Shown here: one piece after another, positions 18,288 to 27,793 of the stretch
Layout: the number at the start of each line of letters is the position of its first letter
Numbering within the stretch: position 1 is the stretch's first letter
Sequence record: SRR22947727_4400
Reading direction: 5' to 3' (one strand)
DNA length: 39,257 bases
The notes under the pieces: generated by a model
Seen by the model: only the letters and a program-made list of their open reading frames with translations
Told to the model about the DNA's origin: nothing
Database searches by the model: none
Program-made: the position numbers and the translations under genes

Positions 18288-19469
18288 TTAACTCCTCACC
18301 GTGCCATGGCTAATGAGTTGCTCCACCTCAGTGTCGCTATAACCCAGCGCAGACAAAATATCTCGACCATGCTCACCCAGCTGCGGTGCGGGACGCGAGA
18401 CAGCCGCTGGCGTGCGTTCGAATTGAGCGGGATGCCGTGCCTGACGAACCTCGCCGAATCCTTCAAACTGCAGCCGCTCAACGGAGTGATTCGTTTTCAC
18501 TTGCTCATGGCCCAGCAGTTCTGAGCGGTCAATGATCGGGGCACAGGGCACCTCTTCGGCATCGAACCGAGCCAGTATCTCGTCACTGGACCATTTTTTA
18601 ATTTCCTCAGCCATGATCGCCTTGCGCTCAGCGTTGTGAGTAATGCGATCAGTTGCGTCTTTAAAATGAGGATGCTCAATCAAGTCCTCTCGCTGTATGG
18701 CGCGACACAAACCCGCCCATTCGCTATCAGAGATCGCGCCCGCAGTAATAAACCGGTCCTGGGTTTCAAAAACGAGATCCATCGCGCCTTGGTAGGGCGT
18801 GACATCAAATTCTTTCTCGGCAAAGGTCAAACCAGCCATCGCTTCCGGCCAAAAAAAACTGAGCATCGCATCCAGCATCGACAACCGAATATGCTGGCCT
18901 TCACCACTGTGTTCGCGAGCATAAAGCGCAGCACTAATGGCTTGCGCAGCCGTGAGTGCCGTGACTTTGTCGGCAGCGATAATACGGAACATTTGCGGTC
19001 GGCCCGTGGCGCGATCTGCCTGAATATCGGCGGCGCAAGACAGCGCCTGTATCACCGGGTCGTAGACGCGCTTATGTGCATAGGGCCCCGCCTCACCAAA
19101 TCCGCTGATAGAGACATAGATGAGCCTACCGTTGCGCTCTCTGAGGGCAGGTTCTGAGAAACCCATGCGCTCCATCGCACCCGGTCGAAAATTTTGAATC
19201 AGCACGTCGGCACTTTCAACGAGCTTCATTAAAACAGCACGACCCTCATCAGATTTTAGGTCGAGCGCTATCGACCGCTTTCCTCGATTGCAGGAGAAAA
19301 ATGCCGGTGTGATCTCGTTGACCTTGGGACCAATGTGCCGCATCTGCTCACCGTGTAACGGCTCAACCTTCACCACATCTGCGCCCTGATCAGCCAGCAT
19401 CATGGCGGCTACCGGGCCCGACACCATGCTGGTGAGGTCTAATACTTTGACATCGTTGAATGGACCCAT
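18288..19469 (-). CDS. Class III CoA-transferase (CaiB/BaiF family)
   Basis: VLDLT...LADQGADVVKVEP, NRGKRS, NFRPG, SISGFG, catalytic Asp in YDPVIQA. Confidence 0.92.
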   Translation of the reverse strand: MGPFNDVKVLDLTSMVSGPVAAMMLADQGADVVKVEPLHGEQMRHIGPKVNEITPAFFSCNRGKRSIALDLKSDEGRAVLMKLVESADVLIQNFRPGAMERMGFSEPALRERNGRLIYVSISGFGEAGPYAHKRVYDPVIQALSCAADIQADRATGRPQMFRIIAADKVTALTAAQAISAALYAREHSGEGQHIRLSMLDAMLSFFWPEAMAGLTFAEKEFDVTPYQGAMDLVFETQDRFITAGAISDSEWAGLCRAIQREDLIEHPHFKDATDRITHNAERKAIMAEEIKKWSSDEILARFDAEEVPCAPIIDRSELLGHEQVKTNHSVERLQFEGFGEVRQARHPAQFERTPAAVSRPAPQLGEHGRDILSALGYSDTEVEQLISHGTVRS

Positions 19470-19506
19470 CTTTGCTACCCCAAAATTTGATTCATGTGGA
19501 TGTGGC

Positions 19507-19520
19507 TAATCAATTGATTA
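19507..19520. promoter_or_regulatory. Perfect 14-bp palindrome TAATCAATTGATTA, candidate operator
   Basis: Exact self-complement, about 38 nt upstream of the CoA-transferase start. Confidence 0.5.
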
Positions 19521-19631
19521 CCAATGCGACCGGCATAACACGGATCCCAGTCTAATAATGGCAGATTACAGGACGGCAGCCGCCGCACCGTTGACAGCAC
19601 ATAGTCTCTTATCGTGATGTCTGCGCCGGTG

Positions 19632-20264
19632 TCATTGTGGCGGGAAGGCACTCAGCAACTCGTGGAGTACCGTCACTCTGAGCTCCTGCTTATCGGCATA
19701 CGACATCTTATTTTTTAACCGCCCTTCGGCGACGCCTCGCCAAACGATCTTGCTCGTTCGAGTGTCGATCACATCCAATACAGCAGTCCCATCTTCATAC
19801 GTTTTGACCGAAGGTCCAGAAGAATAACCGACGCTGACAGACTTACCATAATTACTCATGCCGACACCGCCCGTCATACCCTTTTCTTGTCCTGTTACCT
19901 TTTGCGTTTGTCGTTTCGTGACGTGGTAGTTCACCCAAAAATCAGCATTACCTCTTGCCACTTCACGAAAGCCTCGTCGCAGTAGCTCCGCATTAGCGAT
20001 TGAACGCACATGCTGATCGCTACTGTTCTGGCGGCGATACTGACTTTCCCTAGAAGCATGATCATCGTCGTACCATCGATAATGCTGGTATTCCCCGAAG
20101 CTAAAGCTTTGGTCGTAATCGATCTCATAAGTTGGCTTGTCTGCGCACCCCACTAGGGCCACCAAGCACAAAACCACAGCGCATCGAAGAAACGATACGG
20201 CGACTCTTAACGCGGGGAAATCACATTTTAAAAAATCCATCTTCATGATGTTGTTCACTCTCAA
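19632..20264 (-). CDS. DUF4136 family lipoprotein (true start probably downstream of 20264)
   Basis: Lipobox LVG|C, DYD...F..Y..Y.W, ADFWVNY, YEDGTAVLDVID...IVWRG. Confidence 0.82.
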   Translation of the reverse strand: MRVNNIMKMDFLKCDFPALRVAVSFLRCAVVLCLVALVGCADKPTYEIDYDQSFSFGEYQHYRWYDDDHASRESQYRRQNSSDQHVRSIANAELLRRGFREVARGNADFWVNYHVTKRQTQKVTGQEKGMTGGVGMSNYGKSVSVGYSSGPSVKTYEDGTAVLDVIDTRTSKIVWRGVAEGRLKNKMSYADKQELRVTVLHELLSAFPPQ

Positions 20265-20316
20265 TAATCGAATCGATATGGACGAAGGCCTAGGCCCCTA
20301 AAAAACTATACTATCC

Positions 20317-21837
20317 CTAAGGTGCCTTCCTGAAGCCCACCTCACTGTTTGCGGCAAGCCAAGCGACCACCGCAAAGGCCGCAACATTTTGATCTAACGA
20401 GGCCGCGTCCAACTTATCCACGGTATCATCTGCAGTATGGTGCAGGTCAAAGTAATCGCGCCCGTCTTGGTGCAGCCGTAACGTCGGCACCCCCTCGGGC
20501 ACCAACGGGATCAAATCGGGACCGCCACCCGGCTGGTCATTGCTACCCGGCGCAATACCGAGTGGCAATAAAATATCCGCCATGTGAGCCAGCAGTTGAT
20601 CGCCCGCTTGCGATTGACTGTCGGCGGTTATTTTCCAAATCCGCCCTCCTCCAAAATCACTCTCAGAACCAATGATATGGTCTGCAAGCGCCTCCTGATG
20701 TCGATCGCGATACGCTAGCGCCCCTAATAGCCCAACCTCTTCTGCTCCCCACAGCACCAATCGAATAGTCCGACGAGGGGTTAGCCCAGCCTCTTTGATC
20801 AGCGCCATCGCCGCCATGGTAATCCCGACCCCTGCACCATCATCAATGGCGCCAGTGCCCAGATCCCAGCTGTCGAGATGCGCCCCGATCACCACCACCT
20901 CTTCGGGCGCTGCATGACCTAGAATTTCAGCGATGACGTTGGCCGACTGAGCCGCTGGCACTAATGACGTGTCGACGGTCAGCCTAACGACTAACTCGAC
21001 TCCCTTGGACAGTATCCGCTCGACTTGGTCAGCATCGGGGTTCGATAGCGCGAGTGCTGGAATGTGCGGCGTATTCTCTGCATAACGAAGCGATCCCGTA
21101 TGCGGGAAGCGATGGCTGTCGGTGCCGATTGATCGCAGCAGATACGCGATCGCACCCTTCTGCGCTGCGACACTTGGCCCCGCGGTACGTACCGGATTGA
21201 AATAGCCGTACGAGGATCCGTCTTGGGTCCGCTGCATCGTATGTCCGACGTAAACAATCTTGCCCGATACTTGCTCTCGGGTCGCCGCTTTCAGGGTCGC
21301 CAATGAATCGAACAACACCACCTCACCCGTCAGTCCCGCTACGGGAGTCGACACTGACCCACCCAGCGCTGTCACGGCCAGCGGCTGCGGAAAAGGCACC
21401 ATGATGTCAGCCTGTTCCGCGTGACGCTGCCACGCGGTCATCTCGAAGCCCTCCGCTCGAATGCGCTCTAAGCCTAAGTCAGCCAGCCTGCTCAATGCCC
21501 ACTCTCGAGCGCGCGCTTCTGCCTCGCTGCCCGCCAATCGCGGACCGACCTCCGTGGTCAGCGAGGTCACGATCGCCATTGCTTGGCTTCCCGATAGCGC
21601 TCTATCGCGCAGCAGTACCGCATGAGATAGGTTGTCACGAAGCATTGCATCGTTGTGTCCAGTGTTGTGTGCAGTGCTGTCAGCCTTGGCGCTGGGGCTC
21701 GCCCCACTCAACACAGTCAACGCACTCACCACACTCAGTATCATCAGCACATCCCGCATTAGCACATCCCGCACCCGACGAACCCGCTTTGGCCGATGGT
21801 CGACAACACGCCGGCGGTAAGTGACCGAGAAACTCAT
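20317..21837 (-). CDS. M28 family metallopeptidase (carboxypeptidase Q-like), exported; start uncertain (21837, 21759 or 21744)
   Basis: VGPRLAGS, GAHLDSWD, GAIDDGAG, WGAEEVG, ESD and HHTADDT Zn-ligand motifs; PA-domain-like insert. Confidence 0.9.
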   Translation of the reverse strand: MSFSVTYRRRVVDHRPKRVRRVRDVLMRDVLMILSVVSALTVLSGASPSAKADSTAHNTGHNDAMLRDNLSHAVLLRDRALSGSQAMAIVTSLTTEVGPRLAGSEAEARAREWALSRLADLGLERIRAEGFEMTAWQRHAEQADIMVPFPQPLAVTALGGSVSTPVAGLTGEVVLFDSLATLKAATREQVSGKIVYVGHTMQRTQDGSSYGYFNPVRTAGPSVAAQKGAIAYLLRSIGTDSHRFPHTGSLRYAENTPHIPALALSNPDADQVERILSKGVELVVRLTVDTSLVPAAQSANVIAEILGHAAPEEVVVIGAHLDSWDLGTGAIDDGAGVGITMAAMALIKEAGLTPRRTIRLVLWGAEEVGLLGALAYRDRHQEALADHIIGSESDFGGGRIWKITADSQSQAGDQLLAHMADILLPLGIAPGSNDQPGGGPDLIPLVPEGVPTLRLHQDGRDYFDLHHTADDTVDKLDAASLDQNVAAFAVVAWLAANSEVGFRKAP

Positions 21838-23129
21838 GCTGACCCGGGAGCTGAGCGACGGGCAGCAAGCCAGGCAGTGGCCGCCTTGGTCTGCGCTTTG
21901 GTTGCAGCCATAACGCCTATCGACCTATTGGTCTCGCCCTTGCGCCCCAAGGCCGCAATTTGTTCGTAAAACCAATACTGTGTCGCAAAGGCGCTGAGGG
22001 TTCGGACCGTTTTGATACGATTGAGAAAGCCAAGGCCACGTGGCAATAACGAGAGGTCATCCTCAAAACGCGGCAACTCATCGAGGCCTGAGAGCAGCTG
22101 TGCGGGTGCGTCAGTGACCACACACATAGGACGGCCAATACCGACCATATCCGCGCAACCCGACTCCAGCGCACTATTCATCGCGTCTCGTCGCCGGAGC
22201 CCACCCGTCACCATTAAAGGAATAGATAACTCACGCCGCATCGCTTCGGCGAAGTCCACAAAGTAGGCCTCACGAGCGCGTGTCGATGAGGCAACCGCTT
22301 GCTCTTCCACGGGCTCCATTCCTTCAAGGTTAAGCAATCGAGGCTGCTCATAAGTACCGCCTGAGATTTCGATCAAATCGACCGACGCAGCCTGCAGCCA
22401 CTGAGCCACTTGCAGACTCTCCTTAAAATCAAAACCTCCTTTCTGAAAATCGGCACTGTTGAGCTTGACGGATATCGGAACGTTCGGACCGATTGCGGCG
22501 CGGACCCTTGCCACGCATGAGAGCAATAGTCGTGCTCTATTTTCCAGCGAGCCACCCCATTGATCGGTGCGCTGATTGCTCCGCGGACTGAGAAACTGCG
22601 ACAGTAAATAACCGTGAGCCGCATGCAATTGTACGCCCGTAAAACCTGCCGCTATTACGACCTTCGCACAGCGAGCGAAGCCCTCGATCACCGACTCAAT
22701 ATCCGCTTGTGTCATCGGTACGGGCTCCCCAAATTGACCGCCAGGTAAACCTAACTTCACCGCAGAGGGGGCTTTGGGATGCGCATTAACGATCTTTTGA
22801 CATTGTCTTCCGGCGTGACTGATTTGTGCCCAAAAGTGATTGCCTGCACGCGTGCCTGCGGCGGCCCAGGCCGCCAACGCCTGCTGCATCAGCGCCGAAG
22901 GCTCACCCTCGACCACCACATTCCCAGGACGCTCCAGATGCAGCGCATCGATTTGCACGTTGCCTGACAATAACAGTCCGGCACCGCCATCGCTCCATAA
23001 CCCATAGAGCTGGTTCAATGCCTCAGAAGGTCGCCCCGAGGGATCCGCTAGGCCCTCTGTCATGGCGGCCTTAGCAATACGATTGCTAATCCTTGCTCCA
23101 CAGGGAAGGGTCAATGGGGTGTCGATCAT
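21834..23129 (-). CDS. NADH:flavin oxidoreductase (Old Yellow Enzyme family)
   Basis: NRIAKAAMTEG, QISHAGRQ, HAAHGYLLSQFLSP, NQRTDQWGGSLENR, EISGG. Confidence 0.92.
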   Translation of the reverse strand: MIDTPLTLPCGARISNRIAKAAMTEGLADPSGRPSEALNQLYGLWSDGGAGLLLSGNVQIDALHLERPGNVVVEGEPSALMQQALAAWAAAGTRAGNHFWAQISHAGRQCQKIVNAHPKAPSAVKLGLPGGQFGEPVPMTQADIESVIEGFARCAKVVIAAGFTGVQLHAAHGYLLSQFLSPRSNQRTDQWGGSLENRARLLLSCVARVRAAIGPNVPISVKLNSADFQKGGFDFKESLQVAQWLQAASVDLIEISGGTYEQPRLLNLEGMEPVEEQAVASSTRAREAYFVDFAEAMRRELSIPLMVTGGLRRRDAMNSALESGCADMVGIGRPMCVVTDAPAQLLSGLDELPRFEDDLSLLPRGLGFLNRIKTVRTLSAFATQYWFYEQIAALGRKGETNRSIGVMAATKAQTKAATAWLAARRSAPGSA

Positions 23130-23499
23130 TCGGGGGCTCCTGCCACTGCCTAGGCTTGCCCGTCATGTTACCTAAACCGTTGCGGTATGAGGATGCCTAA
23201 TCACCCGATTTAGCGAGCACTCGCTGCGTCCGCGATACGACTCGGCCCATTGGGGGCGTCATCGACGACTGTTGCTCGCCTGCCACCTTGCTGCAGGGCG
23301 CAATCAGCCCATGATCGATTACACTAAACGCCCCCGCCTCAGACGACTCGGAGTGCCGCTAGCAGAGGACGCGCAGCCACCACGTCAGGGTTTAGAATCG
23401 GATGATCCCCTCAGGTCTGTGCGGTAATACCGATGACGGAACCGATCGGCCGGTCGCCGGTCAAATCGACAGATACACTCGCATGAAGGACACAACACC

Positions 23500-24210
23500 A
23501 TGGCTAAACGCAATTTATGGATCCCCCTCACCGTGATGTCGCTGCTGATGCCGGTGAGTTCACTGGCACAAATGATTTCAGTCCAAGGCACCGGCACCGT
23601 GGACATTGAAGCCGAATTTGCCAATCTGTCAGCCTCGGTCATTGTCGACGCCAAAACCGCGGCACTGGCACAGTCCTCTGCTGACGAGAAAATGGGGGCG
23701 CTGTTGAGGGCAATCGATGCACTGCCGCGAGACGAGCAATCGGTTGATGCGGGGCGACTGCGTATTCAGCCCCAGTATCGCTGGAACTCGGCAACCAATC
23801 AGCAAGAATTTCAGGGGTATCAGGCCACTCGTGACCTCTCGTTTAAACTGCTTGAGTTGAGCGCGCTCGGCGAGGCGTTGCAAACACTCTCCAGCGCCGG
23901 GGCCAGCAGCGTGAGTTCGCCCCAATTTGGCAGCTCTCAAACTCAGGCCGCGAGAGCGCAGGCACTGGCGATGGCATTTGACCACGCCAAAGCGGATGCG
24001 TCGGCCCTCGCGAGCGCCGCAGACATACACTTAGGAGCTCCCGAGACCATTAGCACCGGCAGTAGACCGGCGCCGTTGCCGAGGGCACAAACCCGGGGCG
24101 GCGTGATGGCGATGGAGGCAGAGGGAGCGCCACGTTATCAACCCGGCCAGCTTTCCATCACCGCGACGGTATCAGTAACCTTTAATACGCTGGGTGGGCC
24201 GTCTCGTTAA
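23500..24210 (+). CDS. SIMPL (DUF541) periplasmic protein
   Basis: Signal peptide (SLA|Q), ISVQGTG, IQPQY, GYQATR, AKADA..LA and PG..SITATVSVTF pattern. Confidence 0.88.
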   Translation: MAKRNLWIPLTVMSLLMPVSSLAQMISVQGTGTVDIEAEFANLSASVIVDAKTAALAQSSADEKMGALLRAIDALPRDEQSVDAGRLRIQPQYRWNSATNQQEFQGYQATRDLSFKLLELSALGEALQTLSSAGASSVSSPQFGSSQTQAARAQALAMAFDHAKADASALASAADIHLGAPETISTGSRPAPLPRAQTRGGVMAMEAEGAPRYQPGQLSITATVSVTFNTLGGPSR

Positions 24211-24330
24211 CCCCCGGCTAGTCAAGCATCAAGCCACCTTTTGCCATTGCGAAATAATGGTGCGGCACTTGGATTAGTCTGGTTTCAGTCCTATTATAGG
24301 GACATTGGTCACGTTATGAGGCACCACACC

Positions 24331-25014
24331 ATGAGCGACAAGTCCCTTTACAGCAGCACCGCAGGACTCGACCCCACCGCGAGTATTGCGCGAACCAATA
24401 AAGTATTGAGTAACACCTACTGGCTATTGGGCCTGACCCTCGCTTTTAGTGCGCTATCGGCCACTGTCTCCGTCGCAGTTGGCGTGCCTCCCATGGCAGG
24501 CCTTGTGCTGATGCTCGTCGGCTTTGGCCTGTTGTTTGTCGTTCATAAAATGGCCGATTCAGCCAAAGGGCTTCCGGCTATCTTTGCTTTTACTGGCGTG
24601 ATGGGTGCTTCTATTGGCCCAACGCTGTCGTTTTATCTGGCACTCGAAAACGGGCCGACCATCGTACTGCAGGCGCTAGCCGGCACGGCGCTGGTCTTCT
24701 TTTCGCTATCTGCCTATGCCCTGACGAGCAAAAAAGACTTCTCCTACCTCGGCGGTTTTTTAATGACAGGGCTCGTGATCGCGGTAGTCGCCATGATTGC
24801 GAACATTTTCTTAAATATCCCGGTGCTCTCTCTGACACTTTCTGCTGTTGTGGTCATGATCATGGCGGGACTCATCTTGTTCGATACGAGCCGCATCATC
24901 AACGGCGGTGAGACCAACTACATCAGAGCCACAGTCGGTTTGTATCTCAGCATTTTCAATTTGTTCATGCATTTGCTGCACCTCATCGCAGTCTTCACCG
25001 GTGGTGACGATTAG
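24331..25014 (+). CDS. yccA: Bax inhibitor-1/YccA family membrane protein
   Basis: NKVLSNTYWLL, about 7 TM segments, KDFSYLGGFL, GETNYIRATVGLYLSIFNLF; GAGG SD before ATG 24331. Confidence 0.92.
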   Translation: MSDKSLYSSTAGLDPTASIARTNKVLSNTYWLLGLTLAFSALSATVSVAVGVPPMAGLVLMLVGFGLLFVVHKMADSAKGLPAIFAFTGVMGASIGPTLSFYLALENGPTIVLQALAGTALVFFSLSAYALTSKKDFSYLGGFLMTGLVIAVVAMIANIFLNIPVLSLTLSAVVVMIMAGLILFDTSRIINGGETNYIRATVGLYLSIFNLFMHLLHLIAVFTGGDD

Positions 25015-25036
25015 GGCCTGTTCCTTCTCATTGAAT

Positions 25037-25061
25037 AGCCCCGGCTTCGTCGGGGTTTTTC
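25037..25061 (+). terminator. Intrinsic terminator after yccA
   Basis: Stem AGCCCCGGC-ttc-GTCGGGGTT (with G-U pairs) ending in a T-run. Confidence 0.7.
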
Positions 25062-25072
25062 ATTTATAAGCC

Positions 25073-25396
25073 ATGGAAATCTCTCTCATTATTCGCACCC
25101 CGGGCACCGCTCCCAGTCACGGCGAGCGAGCGCAAGCGTTTATTCAATCGGCTGTCGATCAAGGGCACCGCATCCGGCAATGTTTCTTTCAAGGCCCGGG
25201 CGTATCGGCCGCAGTCTCTGAGCAGGCACTTCCTCGTTGGCGTCAGCTAGCGACGGCGACCGGGGCCGAGTTACTGCTGTGCAGTCAAGCCGTTGAGGAA
25301 TACGCCCTAGCCGTGCCGGAGCCCTTTATTATTGCCGGCCTTGGCTCACTGATTGAATCCGCGGTCACCTCAGATAGGCTGGTCTCTTTTGTCTAA
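25073..25396 (+). CDS. tusD: TusD/DsrE family sulfurtransferase subunit
   Basis: GH.I..CFFQG.GV, conserved Cys in LLLCSQA, F.IAGLGSL; first gene of a tusDCBE-like run after yccA. Confidence 0.75.
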   Translation: MEISLIIRTPGTAPSHGERAQAFIQSAVDQGHRIRQCFFQGPGVSAAVSEQALPRWRQLATATGAELLLCSQAVEEYALAVPEPFIIAGLGSLIESAVTSDRLVSFV

Positions 25397-25751
25397 CAGC
25401 AAATCTTGGCTGATCACTCTCGCAGGCGAGACGGCGACCAGCAGTGACGGTAGTGATAGAGCCGCCTTGCAGTCGGGGATGGACCTAGCGCTAGCCGCAG
25501 GCGCATTTGGTCAGCGCGTCACGCTGGTGTTCACCGGGCCGGGCATCGATTTACTGACCCGCGCGCCTGACGAGCAGGATGCACTGTATCGGCTGCTCGG
25601 CTCAGCCCCTTTTTATGATATCAACGATGTGTACGTGTTGGGCGGCACTCAGACCCTGCCCGCTTTCAGAGACGACCTGCACGTCATTGCAATGTCTCGC
25701 ACAGAGTGGCTCACTGTAGCAAGCGAAGCACAGGTGGTGGTCAACTACTGA
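25389..25751 (+). CDS. tusC: TusC/DsrF family subunit (probable TTG start overlapping the tusD stop)
   Basis: GMDLALAAGAFGQ.V.LVF.G.G and FYDI..VYV motifs; gene position. Confidence 0.7.
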   Translation: MSNSKSWLITLAGETATSSDGSDRAALQSGMDLALAAGAFGQRVTLVFTGPGIDLLTRAPDEQDALYRLLGSAPFYDINDVYVLGGTQTLPAFRDDLHVIAMSRTEWLTVASEAQVVVNY

Positions 25752-26011
25752 TGATACTTCACCACCTCCATCACCCCTCTTTGTATGGTCAGTGCGCAGC
25801 GCTACTCAGCGAGCACGACACACTACTGTTGCTCGACGAGGCCGTCGATACAGCCTTCATCAGCACACTGGATCAACTCCCTTGCGCTGTGCGGATATTG
25901 AAATCAGCCACAAACCGCTCAAAGGCCGAGACGTTCGGTGTGCAGTGCATCACCGTGGACGAGTGGGTTGACCTTGTCATTGCGCATCGTCACTCGATGA
26001 CCTGGGGCTAA
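25751..26011 (+). CDS. tusB: TusB/DsrH family subunit
   Basis: MILH..., DTLLLLDEAV, WVDLV..H..SMTW C-terminus; TGATG overlap with tusC. Confidence 0.7.
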   Translation: MILHHLHHPSLYGQCAALLSEHDTLLLLDEAVDTAFISTLDQLPCAVRILKSATNRSKAETFGVQCITVDEWVDLVIAHRHSMTWG

Positions 26012-26014
26012 TCC

Positions 26015-26344
26015 ATGTCCGGCAGCCGAGTACTCGACGATCTGTGTGACGACAATGGCTTTCTCATTGGCTGGACCACCTGGACCACCGCGCTAGCGCA
26101 TGATTTCGCCTCCGCTGAAAACATTGTGTTGACCGATCCCCACTGGGAAATCATCACCCTACTGCGCAACTTCTATGCAGACTTTGGCGATTCACCGGCG
26201 AATCGAGCACTGGTGAACTACGTTAAAACGCATCTAGGCGCCGAAAAAGGCAATAGTCATTACTTAATGACATTGTTCCCAGGCTCCCCTGCGAGAATCG
26301 GAAGTCGCATTGCCGGGCTCCCCAAACCTAAGCACTGCCTCTAG
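26015..26344 (+). CDS. tusE: TusE (DsrC family) sulfur carrier
   Basis: LTDPHWEII..LRNFY, LFPGSPA and IAGLPKPKHCL with a single penultimate Cys. Confidence 0.9.
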   Translation: MSGSRVLDDLCDDNGFLIGWTTWTTALAHDFASAENIVLTDPHWEIITLLRNFYADFGDSPANRALVNYVKTHLGAEKGNSHYLMTLFPGSPARIGSRIAGLPKPKHCL

Positions 26345-27453
26345 TGCCCGCCATGCGTAATAGCACCGTAAAACCTGGCCAGTACCAGAGGCTATTTGAA
26401 GAAAAAGTTGGCAGAGCCCTTCGATTGTTGGCGCCTTTTGCGCCCCCCGAACCGACGATCTATGCTTCGCCACCACTGGGATATCGCCTACGGGCCGAGT
26501 TTCGGATGTGGCACGACGGCGACGCATTAGATTACGTGATGTTTCCTCCGGGCAAACCAAGAGAACCGATTGTCATCAGTGACTTTCCCATTGCCGCCTC
26601 TCGTATCACTGACTGCATGCCCGTGCTGCAGCAGGCTCTGCAGCGCTCTCCCACCCTGCGGCAGCGCTTATTTCAGGTAGAGTTTCTATCAAGCTGCAGC
26701 GGCAACCTACTGATTACATTGATATATCACCGGCCCCTCGATGCCGAGTGGGAATCAGCCGCTACAACACTAGCGGAACAGCTCAATTGCGACCTCATTG
26801 GCCGGAGCCGCAAGCAAAAAGTCATTATCGGCAAAGATTGGGTTGACGAAAGTCTGCAAATTCAGGGGAGTACCTATGAATATCGACAACCGGAGCAGTG
26901 TTTCACCCAACCCAACGGCAGTATTAATCAACAGATGATCGAGTGGTTGCTGGCCCATACCCCACCCTGCCGCACCGACCTATTAGAGCTGTACTGTGGG
27001 GTAGGCAACTTTACGTTGCCACTGGCGCATCGCTTTCGGCGGGTACTCGCCACCGAGCTCAGTAAACGCGCCACCGCAGCAGCCACTCATAACGCCGCCG
27101 CCAATCAGATTGGCAACCTGGAGCTGGCGCGACTGTCTGCCGCGGAAATGAGTCAAGCGATGGCGGGTGATCGACCGTTTCGGCGGCTTTCGGCCCTCAA
27201 AGAGCCCCTGAGTAGTTTTGAGTTCGAAACACTCTTGGTGGACCCGCCCAGAGCCGGCCTCGATAGCGATACTCTTGGCCTCGCTAAGAGCTTTACCCGC
27301 ATTCTCTATATCAGCTGTAGCCCGAAGTCACTGATCGAGAATCTGGCTGAGCTGAACGAGACCCATCACATTGAGGCACTGGCATTTTTTGACCAATTCC
27401 CTTATACCGAACATCTCGAGTCCGGTGTGATTCTCAAGAGACGCCCAATATGA
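26344..27453 (+). CDS. trmA: tRNA (uracil-54-C5)-methyltransferase (start GTG 26344 or ATG 26353)
   Basis: YRLRAEFRMWH, FTQPN, LLELYCGVGNF, VDPPRAG, YISC, DQFPYTEHLESG. Confidence 0.93.
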   Translation: MPAMRNSTVKPGQYQRLFEEKVGRALRLLAPFAPPEPTIYASPPLGYRLRAEFRMWHDGDALDYVMFPPGKPREPIVISDFPIAASRITDCMPVLQQALQRSPTLRQRLFQVEFLSSCSGNLLITLIYHRPLDAEWESAATTLAEQLNCDLIGRSRKQKVIIGKDWVDESLQIQGSTYEYRQPEQCFTQPNGSINQQMIEWLLAHTPPCRTDLLELYCGVGNFTLPLAHRFRRVLATELSKRATAAATHNAAANQIGNLELARLSAAEMSQAMAGDRPFRRLSALKEPLSSFEFETLLVDPPRAGLDSDTLGLAKSFTRILYISCSPKSLIENLAELNETHHIEALAFFDQFPYTEHLESGVILKRRPI

Positions 27454-27776
27454 GCAAGCTATCCACTGAAGACCTAGCGCAACATATGGCGCGTCATCCA
27501 GAGTGGCAGCTAACCCCGCCCTGGCTTGCTCGCGACATACAGTTCAAAAACTTCGCAGAGGCATGGCGCTTTATGAACCTCATTGCGGAGCACGCCGAGG
27601 CGCAGGACCACCACCCCAACTGGTATAACGTGTATGGCACAGTACAAATACGATTATCCTCCCATGACGCCGACGGCGTGACCGAGAGAGACTTTCGCCT
27701 CGCCAGCAGCATTGACCAAAGCCTGACCGATTTCGACTATACCGACTTACCCCCGACACCCTTCTTTAAGGGCTAA
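27450..27776 (+). CDS. phhB: Pterin-4-alpha-carbinolamine dehydratase
   Basis: FKNF.EA..FM, DHHPNWYNVY, SHD..GVT..D. Confidence 0.88.
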   Translation: MSKLSTEDLAQHMARHPEWQLTPPWLARDIQFKNFAEAWRFMNLIAEHAEAQDHHPNWYNVYGTVQIRLSSHDADGVTERDFRLASSIDQSLTDFDYTDLPPTPFFKG

Positions 27777-27793
27777 TTCAATAAGGACACACC

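Noticed and set aside
18288-19469. DddD DMSP CoA-transferase/lyase
   Set aside because: DddD has two fused CaiB domains and is about twice this length; this is a single-domain 393-aa protein.
23130-23499. tRNA or ncRNA in the 370-bp divergent intergenic region (a tRNA-Ser often lies near yccA)
   Set aside because: No T-loop GTTCRA, cloverleaf or recognisable RNA family motif found by eye, here or at 24211-24330.
24268-24297. Sigma32-like promoter (CTTGGA-N15-TCCTATTA) upstream of yccA
   Set aside because: Several mismatches to the consensus; too weak to call without TSS data.
25073-26344. DsrEFH/DsrC as a sulfur-oxidation route for MtoX-derived sulfide
   Set aside because: The DsrC-like protein has only the penultimate Cys (TusE type), there is no dsrAB, and the yccA-tus-trmA context indicates tRNA thiolation.
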